Positions 1-9,087 of a stretch of DNA of 62,031 nucleotides are shown piece after piece. The notes under the pieces are model-generated. The model did no database searches, was not told the origin of the DNA, and worked only from the letters and a program-made list of their open reading frames with translations. Position 1 is the stretch's first letter; the number at the start of each line of letters is the position of its first letter. The position numbers and the translations under genes are program-made. Source of the DNA: Elusimicrobiota bacterium (lineage in GTDB: Bacteria; Elusimicrobiota; Elusimicrobia; UBA1565). The stretch spans positions 1 through 62,031 of the forward strand of contig JBDREN010000100.1 of assembly GCA_043819795.1 (NCBI GenBank). Reading direction: 5' to 3'.

Positions 1-699
1 GGTTTGTCTCACGGTGATAGCTTTGGTATCATTCATACGAGCGTAGCCTCCTGGTTTTCGCCAGCTGTCACTGGCGGGTTTGAGTTTTCTCAACCAGAGG
101 TTACGCTTTTCGTATTTTGCCCATCAAGCGGGGCGCGGCCCCCACCTACGTCGCGGGTGTGAAGGCATGCATAGCTCGTGGTGGGCATCCAGCAGCCCCC
201 AGAGGATCGTTCTGGACTTGTATCAAGCGTGGTGGGCAAGAACGACTGTGCGGCCTCCTCGGCCCCGCATCTATTGCCGGAGGCCCAGACGAGAAATGTT
301 GCGTAGATCCCGCTAATGGGGGAAGTATGTGCGGCCGCTGATTTCACAATCCAGCTGCCACACACTATCGAAATCGGAGTCGCCGGGCGGTGTGTCCGCT
401 CAAGAAAGGGCTATTTGCAGACCATATTTAAGGGGAAATCGACCCGCTTGTGATTGACCGTAAAACGCATATTCTGGCCCACTAAGAACGTCGCCCGCGG
501 GTTTCCAAACCGCGGCTCGAGCTCCCTCAGCCGCCCTAGACGGAGGTGTCCGCGGAACAGCCGGGGTGCTCTCGGCGTATGTTCTCAGTCGCGGGCCGGG
601 GGATTTTCCGACGGGGCACGTGAATGCCACCTCGGGTATTGAATGTATGGCTCGGTTCGCGCATACGTGCCCTCATTTCGCCTTGGAGTCATCAGATTC

Positions 700-1015
700 G
701 GTGGGCAAACTGGCAGTAAAGACGTAGCTGTGGACATTGGCCACACCCATAATATGATTAAAGAATCTCTCATTCAGCGTCGACACCGAGGCGAGAGACC
801 GAAAAGGCCGGACAGCCTTGATGCTCGCCGCCTCTGTCGCCTCTCCCGAAGGGTTTGAACGCATGGTTAAGGATCTGTTGGCCGCGGGCGCCGACATTAG
901 GGCGAAAGACCTGGAGGGCCGGACAGCGGCGGAACATGCCCACGCAGGAGGCCAGTTCCACCTCGTGCCCATCCTTCAGGTGGTCGGCCAGCGGCCTGTC
1001 ATTCCCCCGCCCTGA
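700..1015 (+). pseudogene. Frameshifted ankyrin-repeat gene remnant
   Basis: The frame of ORF 818..1015 extends upstream as VDTEARDRKGRTALMLAAS, then MVKDLLAAGADIRAKDLEGRTAAEHA (ankyrin consensus). The preceding ankyrin-like segment VAVDIGHTHNMIKESLIQR is in another frame (ORF 643..858), implying a frameshift near 775-782. The 5' boundary is approximate. Confidence 0.65.
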
Positions 1016-1111
1016 CCCGATTGTCGCTGACCCCCAATCCCCCCCCGCGTGTGTCCGACCTGCTATAGGCTATTCAGGATCGTGGTTTTGGGAGATGCCG
1101 GGCAACGGGGT

Positions 1112-1130
1112 GGTGCAATATAGGTGCAAT
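1112..1130. repeat. GGTGCAAT direct repeat (11-nt period), candidate integrase arm-type sites
   Basis: GGTGCAAT-ATA-GGTGCAAT lies about 100 nt beyond the tRNA fragment. The function is inferred from position. Confidence 0.4.
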
Positions 1131-1227
1131 TCGGGAGTCCCGGTAGGTCAAAGACCAACAAACGGGAGAAGGGCAGTCAGGCTGAGTCTCGTCGGGGAAC
1201 GAAGGCTGTCAAGCGGGGTCAGAGAAA

Positions 1228-1275
1228 TGGGAGCCGTTTACGAAGCGATTGCTCTGCCAGTTGAGCTACCTCGGC
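1228..1275 (-). tRNA. Truncated tRNA-Thr(CGT): intact 5' half, 3' anticodon stem and T arm missing
   Basis: The minus strand reads GCCGAGG TA GCTC AACTGGCA GAGC A ATCGC TT CGT AA, then ACGGCTCCCA. The D arm and anticodon loop are canonical. The expected GCGAT and T-loop are absent, and only CGGC-T-CC(C)A of the 3' end remains. Confidence 0.8.
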
Positions 1276-1359
1276 GTCCGGTAGGGAATATAACAATTTT
1301 TCCGGGATGTTTGCGAATCTCCGAATCGGCTCGGATACGCTTGGGTCCGGGACACTACA

Positions 1360-2781
1360 CTAAGAGGAGGGTCTCTTCTTGGGGCGATAGATATGGGTGC
1401 TGCGGCCGTAGAAGACCCCGGCGGCCTCCATCAGGGTCTCCGAGAGGGTCGGGTGCGCGTGGATGCTGAGCTCGAGGTCCGAGGCCCGCGCGCCCATCTC
1501 CACGGCGAGCACGCCCTCCGCGATCAGCTCGCCGGCCCCCGGACCCGCGATCCCCACGCCGAGGACGCGCTCCGTGCCGGGGTCCAGGACCAGCTTCGTC
1601 ACGCCCTCGGTCCGGTTCAGCGTCATGGCCCGGCCTGAGGCGGCCCACGGGAAGCGGGCCGTTTCAACGGCCCGCCCCTCCTTGGCGGCCTCGGTTTCCG
1701 TCAGCCCGCACCAGGCCAGCTCGGGATCGGTGAATACGACCGCCGGGATCGCCGCCGGCTCGAACGCGGTCTTCTTGCCGGCGATCGCCTCGGCCGCCAC
1801 GCGGCCCTCGTGCGAGGCCTTGTGCGCGAGCATCGGCTCGCCGGCCACGTCCCCGATCGCGAAGATCGACGGCTCGGCCGTCCGGCGCTGCGCGTCCGTC
1901 CGCACGAAACCTCGCGCGCCGATCTCGACCTTCGTGTTCGTGAGGCCCAGGCCCGAGGAGCCGGGCTCGCGGCCCACGGCCGCGAGGACCGCGTCGAACG
2001 ACTGCTCCGGCGGGGAGTCCTTCCCCTCGAAGCGGACCTGGAGCCCGCCGCCGCTCTCCACGGCCGAGGCCACCCGGGTCTCCAGGTGCACCGCCTTGCA
2101 GAGCTTGCCCATCCGCCGAGCGAGGACCCCCGCGAGGTCCCGGTCGCAGCCGGGGAGCAGGCCGGGCATCATCTCCACGACGGTGATCTCGGAGCCGAGC
2201 GCCGCGTACACCGTCGCGATCTCGAGGCCGATGTATCCGCCGCCGATCACGAGCAGGCGCTCGGGGACGCGTTTGAGGGCGAGCGCGCCCGTCGAATCGA
2301 GGACGCGCGGCGAGACCGGCAAAAGCCCCAGGCGGACCGGCCGGGAGCCGGTCGCGAGGATCGCGTGCTCGAAGGAGAGCTTTTCCGCGCCTCCGCCAGC
2401 CTTCTCGATCGAGAGGGTATGGGCGTCGAGGAAGAAGGCGCGCCCCTGGATCGCGCGGATCCCGCGCTGCTTGGAAAGCCGGGAGAGGCCGCCGGTCAGC
2501 TTGGCGACGACCCCGTCCTTCCAGGCGCGCAGCTTGTCGAGGTCGACCTCCGGCTCGGGGAAATGGATGCCCAGGGCCTCGGCGTCCTCCGACTGCCTCA
2601 ACAGGTGGGCGGCGTGCAGAAGCGCCTTGGAGGGGATACAGCCCCGGTGCAGGCAGACTCCGCCGGGCTCCCTCTCGAGATCGATGAGCGCGGTCTCGAT
2701 GCCCAGGTCCGCGGCGTGGAACGCCGCGGTATAGCCGCCCGGTCCTCCGCCTATGACCGCGAGCTTGGTCTTCTCCATCAA
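1360..2781 (-). CDS. lpdA: Dihydrolipoyl dehydrogenase (E3)
   Basis: GGGPGGY FAD motif, redox disulfide GGVCLHRGCIPSK, GGGYIGLE, C-terminal HAHPTLSE. The start may be ATG at 2778. Confidence 0.97.
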   Translation of the reverse strand: MMEKTKLAVIGGGPGGYTAAFHAADLGIETALIDLEREPGGVCLHRGCIPSKALLHAAHLLRQSEDAEALGIHFPEPEVDLDKLRAWKDGVVAKLTGGLSRLSKQRGIRAIQGRAFFLDAHTLSIEKAGGGAEKLSFEHAILATGSRPVRLGLLPVSPRVLDSTGALALKRVPERLLVIGGGYIGLEIATVYAALGSEITVVEMMPGLLPGCDRDLAGVLARRMGKLCKAVHLETRVASAVESGGGLQVRFEGKDSPPEQSFDAVLAAVGREPGSSGLGLTNTKVEIGARGFVRTDAQRRTAEPSIFAIGDVAGEPMLAHKASHEGRVAAEAIAGKKTAFEPAAIPAVVFTDPELAWCGLTETEAAKEGRAVETARFPWAASGRAMTLNRTEGVTKLVLDPGTERVLGVGIAGPGAGELIAEGVLAVEMGARASDLELSIHAHPTLSETLMEAAGVFYGRSTHIYRPKKRPSS

Positions 2782-2804
2782 GGCCCTCCCTTAAGGCCGG
2801 ATAT

Positions 2805-2854
2805 TACAAAAGAAGCGGCGGCCCTGTCGCCGCTGTGACGAAGAGGGCCGCCGC
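2805..2854 (-). terminator. Probable intrinsic terminator after the MscS gene
   Basis: 11-bp stem GCGGCGGCCCT/AGGGCCGCCGC (2815-2854) followed by TTCTTTTG on the minus strand. Confidence 0.6.
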
Positions 2855-2864
2855 GGGAAACCGC

Positions 2865-4649
2865 CTATTTCTCGGAGGGAGGAGGGGTCTTCTTGCCGAT
2901 CCTGATCTTATTCTGCGTCAGGGAGGTGAGCGCGACGTGCCGGGTGCGGCCGTCGTCGAGGCGCAGCAGGATGAAGCGTTGCGTGATGTCTTCGACCACG
3001 CCCTTTTCCTTGCCCACCTCGATGTAATCGCCTTTCGTGAAGGGACGGTACGCGGCCACCATCAGCCCGGCCACGAGGTTGCTGGCGAGGTCCTTCGTCC
3101 AGAATCCTATCGCCGCCGAGATGATGCTCATGCTGCCGACCAGTCCCGTGACAGTGACCCCGAACATGTTCAGGATCATCCAGAGTCCGCCGAGGTAGGC
3201 CGCGTTGCCGGCCCAGCGGAGGAGCGTCGCGCGCTTCGATAGCTTCCTGAACTTCTCAGGATCCGGACGCGCTTCCTTGGCCCTCTTCTTCGCTCCGACC
3301 GCCCTGCTCTTGAAGAAATTGCCGAGCAGCACGGAGAGCGCCAAGGTCCCGAGGAGCTTGCCGGCGAACACCAGCGGCGGCGCCCAAGGGGCGCTCAAGG
3401 CCGGCAGGAACGCGAGCGCGGCCAGGGCGGCCCACCCCGCCTTCTTGGCCCCGGTCGTGATCGCATCGAGCATCAGGTCGTTCGGGATGAGGACGCGCTC
3501 GTAGTCCGCTTTGGGGTTTTGCGAGGTGTCCAGGATCACGAAGCGGGCGTTGAGATCGGCCACTATCCCTTTCTCGCCCGCCGCCTCGATCTCGTCGCCG
3601 ATCTCGAAAGGCCTGTCCTTGTACAGGGAGAGGCCGGCCATCAGTTTGCTCGCCAAGTCCTTGACGGCGAGCGTCGTCGCCAGGGTGAACGCGGTGCCGT
3701 TGAGGGCCAGGGCCTGCAACCCCCCCACCTGATACATGGCGAACCCGACCGCGGTCGCCCACGCCGCGCCCGACGCGACGTTGACGACGAAGGCCTCTCG
3801 CAGCGGGTCCCAGTCGACCCACCGGAAGACCCACTTGACCGTTTTGCTGACCACCTTCGGGAATATCCACGCCGCGGTGAAGCCGCCGGCCACCCAGGCC
3901 GAGGTCTGCGCCCATTGCGGCATGGTGGCGAATCCGGTCTGAAGCAGCTGCAGCCAGTGACGTATGGTGTCCATCGGCAGCTTCACCGGCAAGGCGGCCA
4001 GAGGAACCGCGGCGACCAGTCCCGAAAGACCCGGCCGGGCCTTGGAAGAAGGCCGCAGGCCGCGGCGCGCCGGGCTGTTGGCTAAGGTCCCATTCGCGGA
4101 CACCGGCGGGGCGTCCGTCGCGTCCGGCCGAACAGCGGCCCGGTCCCAAGTCCCGTCATGCTTCGCCTTTTGGGCCGCGGGCGCCGCCGCCCCCTTCTGG
4201 CCGGCCCGGAAACCGGACTCCATGCCTCTAAGCGTACGCCACGACGCGCGGAAGCCTTCAACGCTCGAGTCCCGCGAGCCGGGAGCAGGGAAGCGGATCG
4301 CCTCCGCGCGAGCCGCGGGAGAGTTGACGGGTGAAGCGCCCGGCAGGACTAAACGCCCCGCAGCATGGGCCCCGAGAGCGCGCGCGCCGGGAGTAACGAC
4401 CGCCGGAGCCTTATGGAGCACGAGACTTCCCCGAAGCGTGGGACCCAAGGCCAGCGAGGAGCGGGTGGCAGTCGCGCCGCCGGGGATCCCGCCTGTGACC
4501 GCGAGCCCGGCGGAGGCGGCTGGGCCCGCCACCGGCATGCCCGTCTGCACGGAGCCTACGGACATCTGCGCCCAGGCCCGGTACGATCCGATGCCCGGGG
4601 ACATGACGACTATGGCGCTACTAATAAGGAAAGCTAGTGATTGTCGCAC
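2865..4649 (-). CDS. Mechanosensitive channel (MscS family) protein with two tandem MscS modules and a long N-terminal extension
   Basis: Two copies of the MscS signature: KDLASKLMAGL..RPFEIGDEIE..KGIV and KDLASNLVAGL..RPFTKGDYIE..KGVV. It has a signal-like N-terminus and about 200 aa of Ala/Pro/Gly-rich sequence. Confidence 0.85.
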   Translation of the reverse strand: MRQSLAFLISSAIVVMSPGIGSYRAWAQMSVGSVQTGMPVAGPAASAGLAVTGGIPGGATATRSSLALGPTLRGSLVLHKAPAVVTPGARALGAHAAGRLVLPGASPVNSPAARAEAIRFPAPGSRDSSVEGFRASWRTLRGMESGFRAGQKGAAAPAAQKAKHDGTWDRAAVRPDATDAPPVSANGTLANSPARRGLRPSSKARPGLSGLVAAVPLAALPVKLPMDTIRHWLQLLQTGFATMPQWAQTSAWVAGGFTAAWIFPKVVSKTVKWVFRWVDWDPLREAFVVNVASGAAWATAVGFAMYQVGGLQALALNGTAFTLATTLAVKDLASKLMAGLSLYKDRPFEIGDEIEAAGEKGIVADLNARFVILDTSQNPKADYERVLIPNDLMLDAITTGAKKAGWAALAALAFLPALSAPWAPPLVFAGKLLGTLALSVLLGNFFKSRAVGAKKRAKEARPDPEKFRKLSKRATLLRWAGNAAYLGGLWMILNMFGVTVTGLVGSMSIISAAIGFWTKDLASNLVAGLMVAAYRPFTKGDYIEVGKEKGVVEDITQRFILLRLDDGRTRHVALTSLTQNKIRIGKKTPPPSEK

Positions 4650-4747
4650 ACAAGGATTGTATCACGCCCCCCGGCCCGACACTAGAAGCCAAGGACCCAC
4701 GTGGAATCCCGTGATGGACCCATGAAAAATTGGGACTTTCGTCTCCC

Positions 4748-5707
4748 TCAGGCGGAGCCTGACAAGGTATCGAAGTCCGCCCCCACACGAATCCCCAGGG
4801 ACTCGAGCACGCGTAGCTGGCGGTCGAAGCGGTTCGTCGCCGAGAGAGCGCGCCGATAGCGCCGGAGGGAGGCCGACCATAGACTGGGGTAGGAGAAGCA
4901 GGGGAGAGGATAGTCCGTCCCGAAGAGAAGCCGGTCGAAGACCTCGGGGTGACGGCGAAGCCTGAAGAGCGCGCCGACGCGGCTGGGCAGCGTGAGCGCC
5001 GAGGTGTCCACGAAGAAATTCTTGTAGCGGCTCACAAGATCGAGCATCGTCCCGAAATGCCTCTCGGGGAAGAAGAGGCCGCTGCTGCAGCCGTGCGCCG
5101 CGATCACCGTGACCCCCTGCTCGAGAGCGGGCACGAGCCGGCCGGGGTCGCCGAGCGACTGATCCGCGCCTTTTAGGCTGAACTCGTGGCCCACGTGACT
5201 AAGAAGCGGCATCCCCATCTCCCCCAGCCTCCGGTAGAACGGTTTAAAGCGCGGCTCGGCGGGATCGAAGATCTGCGCGTTCGGAAGAGCCTTCACGAGG
5301 ACGGCGCCCCGTTCGGCGCAGCGCTCAAGCTCCTCGACGGCGTCCCGGCGCGACGGATTGATCGAAACGCCCGGCAGCAGCCTCTGGCGGCCGGCCGCTG
5401 CCTCGAGGACGCAGTCGTTGGCGACCAGAAGGTCGGTGCGCGACTCGTCCAATCGCCCCCCCTCATCATAGGCCCCGTCCATGGCGAGCACCACCGCCCG
5501 GCTCACCGCCTCGGACGCGGCCAGCTCCCGGTCCAACAGCTCGACGTAGCGCCTGTTCGCCGCTTCGGGGTCGTCCAAGGGGATTCCCTCGCGCCAAGCG
5601 ACGAGGCGCGCCAAGGGGCTGCGCAGCATGCGCCTCGACATCAGGCAGCCGTTGGCGGGCGTCGGCAAAGCGAGGAGGTGGACGTGAACGTCGACGAGAC
5701 CCTTCAC
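4748..5707 (-). CDS. Amidohydrolase family (amidohydrolase_2-like) protein
   Basis: DVHVH, LLSHVG, IAAHG and FGTDYP motifs. The GTG start overlaps the aas stop (GTGA). Confidence 0.85.
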   Translation of the reverse strand: MKGLVDVHVHLLALPTPANGCLMSRRMLRSPLARLVAWREGIPLDDPEAANRRYVELLDRELAASEAVSRAVVLAMDGAYDEGGRLDESRTDLLVANDCVLEAAAGRQRLLPGVSINPSRRDAVEELERCAERGAVLVKALPNAQIFDPAEPRFKPFYRRLGEMGMPLLSHVGHEFSLKGADQSLGDPGRLVPALEQGVTVIAAHGCSSGLFFPERHFGTMLDLVSRYKNFFVDTSALTLPSRVGALFRLRRHPEVFDRLLFGTDYPLPCFSYPSLWSASLRRYRRALSATNRFDRQLRVLESLGIRVGADFDTLSGSA

Positions 5708-8700
5708 TCCCGTCCCGCCAGCCCGCGGGCTATCGCCCCGAGCCCGCGCATGTCGAGCTTTCCGGAGCCTAGCAGCGGGAACTCCGGGACCGCGTGGAAG
5801 GCGTCGCGGTCGGGGGTCCAGAGCCGCGGCAGGCCCGAATCCCTGAGCCGCCTGCAGAGCCCGTCGAAGTCGTCGTAGCCCTTGCATAGGACGAGGAGCC
5901 GCTCTCCCCGCTCTTCGTCCGGGACGCCCGTCACGATGAACGTCCGCTCGACGCGTCCGGCCAGCTCGTGCAGCTTCTCTTCGACCGCGATATGGGGGAC
6001 CATCTCGCCGCCTATCTTGCTGAACCGGCCGATGCGGTCGGTGATCGTGACGAAACCGTCCTCGTCAAGAGCGGCGATGTCGCCGGTCACGTAGTAGCCG
6101 TCGCGCAGGACCTCGGCGGTCTCCTCGGGCTCGCCGACGTAGCCCTTCATGACGTTGGGCCCCTTGACGAGCAGCAGCCCCGGCCGCCCGGGCGGGACGG
6201 GCTCCCCCGTTTCCGGGTCCACGACCTTCATGAGCACCCCGGGCAGGGGGTGGCCGATCGATCCGAGCTTCGTGCCCAGCTGGCGCTGCCGGGGCTTTTG
6301 AAAGTCCGGGATATTGACCGCGGCGGCCGGAGACAGCTCGGTGCATCCATAGCCCTCGAGCGGCAGAAGGTCGAACTTCTTCTCGAAGGCGCGGGCCACG
6401 TCCTCGCGCAGCTTCTCGGCGCCGACGACGACGTAGCGCAGGCTCCTGAAGCGCTCCGGCTCGACGCGGCGCAGATAGGAAAGCAGGAAAGTCGGCGTCG
6501 CCAGCAAGAAGGTAGCCCGGTACCGCTCCACAAGCGCCCCGACGACCCGGGCGTCGAGGGGATTGGAATGGTAAACGACGCCCATGCCCGCCAGCAGCGG
6601 GAACCAGAGCGCCCCGGTATGGCCGAACGCGTGGAAGAACGGCAGAACCCCGAGCACGCGGTCTTCCAGGTTCACCTGATAGATCTGCCCCAAGGCCTCG
6701 ATGTTCGCGTGGACGTTCGCGTGGCTGAGCATCGCCCCCTTCGGCGTGCCGGTCGAGCCGCTGGTGAAGATGACGGTCGCCGTGCGATCGAGTAGCCCGC
6801 GGGCCTTGGGGACGAACAACCTGATGACGATCCAAGCGGGCAAAAAAAGCATGGCGGCGGCCGCGATCCCGCCCGCCCCGGCGTCCAGGTCCTCGAGGAA
6901 TACCATGCCTTCCCGCGGCTCCCACCCGATGGCCTCCAGGAACCTCCGAGAAGTCACGATCCCGCTGACCCCGGCCTTCGCGGCGCTCCGAGCGACGAGA
7001 TCCGGGGGGGCGGTATAGTTCAGATTGACGGTGGTCTTCCCCATCATCGCGACGCCGATGTTCGCGAGCGCGGCACCGACCGACGGCGGCAGCAGCAGCC
7101 CGACGGCGTCCCCCGGAGGCAGCGACCGGACGATCGCCCGTCCCGTCGCGCGCGCCCCCGCCATGGCCTGAAGGTAGCTCAGGCGGCGGCCGGTCGAGTC
7201 CGCCATCGCCAGCCGGAAGGGATGCCGTTTGGCCTCGCGCACGAAGGCCTCCGGCAGCGGCGGCCTCTCGGCGAGCCTGTGCCGGAACGCCGCGACGCTC
7301 AGCTCCAGGATCGCCTGCCGGACGTCGTGGGACCTCGTCCCCGGACCCATGGGGCGGCCGAAGCTCACCGTGACCGGATACGGGATGCGCCGCGGACGCT
7401 TGAAGAGGAAGCGCCCCCGCTCGAAGCTGAAGATGCTGCCCCAGACCCGGTCCAGGTGGACCGGCACTATCGGCGCGTCGAGCCCCTTCACGATGCGCTC
7501 GAACCCCTTCTTGAAAGGAAGCATCTGCCCGTGCCGCGTGATCTGGCCCTCCGCGAAGATGCAGACGACCTCCCCTCTCTCCAGCTCCTCGCGGGCCTTC
7601 TGGAACGAGCCCAGGATCGCCTTGGGGCTGTCGTATTGCGATATCGGGATGCAGCCCATGGTGCGCACTAGTTGGTGCAGGACCGGGATATGGTAGTAGT
7701 CCCGGTACATCATGAAGCGGACCAGGCGCCGCGTCGCCCCCGAGATCAGGACGGCGTCGACGTGAGAGACGTGGTTCGCGACCAGCAGCGCCGGCCCCCG
7801 GAGAGGAACGTTCTCCCCTCCTTCGACCTCGATGCGGTAGACGAGGTTCGCGATGGGATAGATCCCCAAACGCAGAAGAAAATCGGGCAGGACCCGCAGC
7901 ATGACGGCGGCCACGACGACCGTCGCCAGCGCGAGGACCAGGAATATCAGGCCCGGGTGAGGGCGCACGAAGCCGCTCAGCAGCCATGCGCAGGATGAAG
8001 CCGCCAGGACCCCGAAGAACGCCGCCGCGTTGCCGGCCCCGATGAACCTGCCGCGCTCGCTCTTGGGACTGCGCTGCTGCGCGAAGGCATGCAGCGGCAC
8101 CACGAAGCAGCCGGCGCTCGCCCCGAACAGGACGAGGTCCGCCAGCGTCCGCCCGCCGGATCCGAAGGAGAACGCGAGGTCGAGCGAAAATGCCACCATG
8201 CCGAGCGCTCCCACCGGCACGAGGCCGAGCTCGACTTGCTCCCGAGAAAGGCGCCCGGCCGCGTAGCTGCCCAGAGCGACGCCCGCCGCGGCCGCGGCCT
8301 GGAGTATCCACAACCGCGCCCGGCCGAGACCCATGAGCGGAACGGCGTAAACGAGCAGGATCGCCTGCAGGAGGGCCATGACGAACCAGAAATAGGCCGA
8401 TCCCGCCAACGCCAGGAGCACGCCGCGATGCCCGCGCGCCGCGCCCAAGCCCGAGCGGACCTGCGCCGCGGCGTTCAGGCGCGGCCTCTCCAGCCCGCCG
8501 GCCGGGGCCACGTCGGGCACGCGAAGGCCGGCGAACACGCCGGCCGCCGCCGCGAGGACGAACAGGCCCGACGCCATGTGGATCCCCCAGGCGTAGGCGT
8601 CGATCAATCCCGCCGCCGCGGCGCCCAGGAGGACCCCGGAGAACGCGGCCGCCTGCATCAGGCCGTTGCCGTGCGAGAGCTTCCTGTCCTCGAGGATGTC

Positions 8701-9066
8701 GGGCAGGATCGCCAGCCGGACAGTGCCGAAGAAGGCGCCCTGAGCGCCCAGGAGGAGCAGAACGCCGAGCAGCAAAGGAACGCTCTTGGCGGCGAAAGCG
8801 GCGAGGGCCGACGCCATCAGCGCGAGCTCCGCGGCCTTGCAGAGCACGATGAGCTTCCGCTTGCCGCAGCGATCGCAAAGCGCGCCGGCGGAGGGAGAGA
8901 GGAGGACCAGAGGGAGGACGAAGAGGCCGCCGGCCAGCGCGGCCAGCCAGCCCCGCTGCTCGGTCGGGAGGCTGCCGGCGGCCCAGAGCGCGAGCAGCGT
9001 CTTGAACGCGTTGACGTTGAACGCGCCCAGGGCCTGCGCCCAAATAAGCCCTCGAAAACCCTTCAC
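5704..9066 (-). CDS. aas: MFS (LplT-like) / acyltransferase / acyl-ACP synthetase fusion (Aas-type)
   Basis: N-terminal MFS helices, PlsC motifs NHVSHVD and FAEG, and AMP-binding motifs FTSGSTGTPKG, EGYGCTE, GD and GSGK. Confidence 0.93.
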   Translation of the reverse strand: MKGFRGLIWAQALGAFNVNAFKTLLALWAAGSLPTEQRGWLAALAGGLFVLPLVLLSPSAGALCDRCGKRKLIVLCKAAELALMASALAAFAAKSVPLLLGVLLLLGAQGAFFGTVRLAILPDILEDRKLSHGNGLMQAAAFSGVLLGAAAAGLIDAYAWGIHMASGLFVLAAAAGVFAGLRVPDVAPAGGLERPRLNAAAQVRSGLGAARGHRGVLLALAGSAYFWFVMALLQAILLVYAVPLMGLGRARLWILQAAAAAGVALGSYAAGRLSREQVELGLVPVGALGMVAFSLDLAFSFGSGGRTLADLVLFGASAGCFVVPLHAFAQQRSPKSERGRFIGAGNAAAFFGVLAASSCAWLLSGFVRPHPGLIFLVLALATVVVAAVMLRVLPDFLLRLGIYPIANLVYRIEVEGGENVPLRGPALLVANHVSHVDAVLISGATRRLVRFMMYRDYYHIPVLHQLVRTMGCIPISQYDSPKAILGSFQKAREELERGEVVCIFAEGQITRHGQMLPFKKGFERIVKGLDAPIVPVHLDRVWGSIFSFERGRFLFKRPRRIPYPVTVSFGRPMGPGTRSHDVRQAILELSVAAFRHRLAERPPLPEAFVREAKRHPFRLAMADSTGRRLSYLQAMAGARATGRAIVRSLPPGDAVGLLLPPSVGAALANIGVAMMGKTTVNLNYTAPPDLVARSAAKAGVSGIVTSRRFLEAIGWEPREGMVFLEDLDAGAGGIAAAAMLFLPAWIVIRLFVPKARGLLDRTATVIFTSGSTGTPKGAMLSHANVHANIEALGQIYQVNLEDRVLGVLPFFHAFGHTGALWFPLLAGMGVVYHSNPLDARVVGALVERYRATFLLATPTFLLSYLRRVEPERFRSLRYVVVGAEKLREDVARAFEKKFDLLPLEGYGCTELSPAAAVNIPDFQKPRQRQLGTKLGSIGHPLPGVLMKVVDPETGEPVPPGRPGLLLVKGPNVMKGYVGEPEETAEVLRDGYYVTGDIAALDEDGFVTITDRIGRFSKIGGEMVPHIAVEEKLHELAGRVERTFIVTGVPDEERGERLLVLCKGYDDFDGLCRRLRDSGLPRLWTPDRDAFHAVPEFPLLGSGKLDMRGLGAIARGLAGRE

Positions 9067-9087
9067 GTTTGGGCCACGCCGGCGGGC

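Noticed and set aside
1..36. Possible minus-strand gene start MNDTKAITVRQT with an upstream AGGAGG
   Set aside because: Only 12 codons are in the window, so no product can be supported.
855..1469. 204-aa plus-strand ORF
   Set aside because: It crosses the tRNA fragment and the lpdA end and has no recognisable motifs.
6065..9043. 992-aa ORF and the many other long Arg/Gly/Pro-rich or antisense ORFs (e.g. 24366..26321, 32504..34564, 47578..51327)
   Set aside because: Shadow frames of well-supported genes, expected at high GC.
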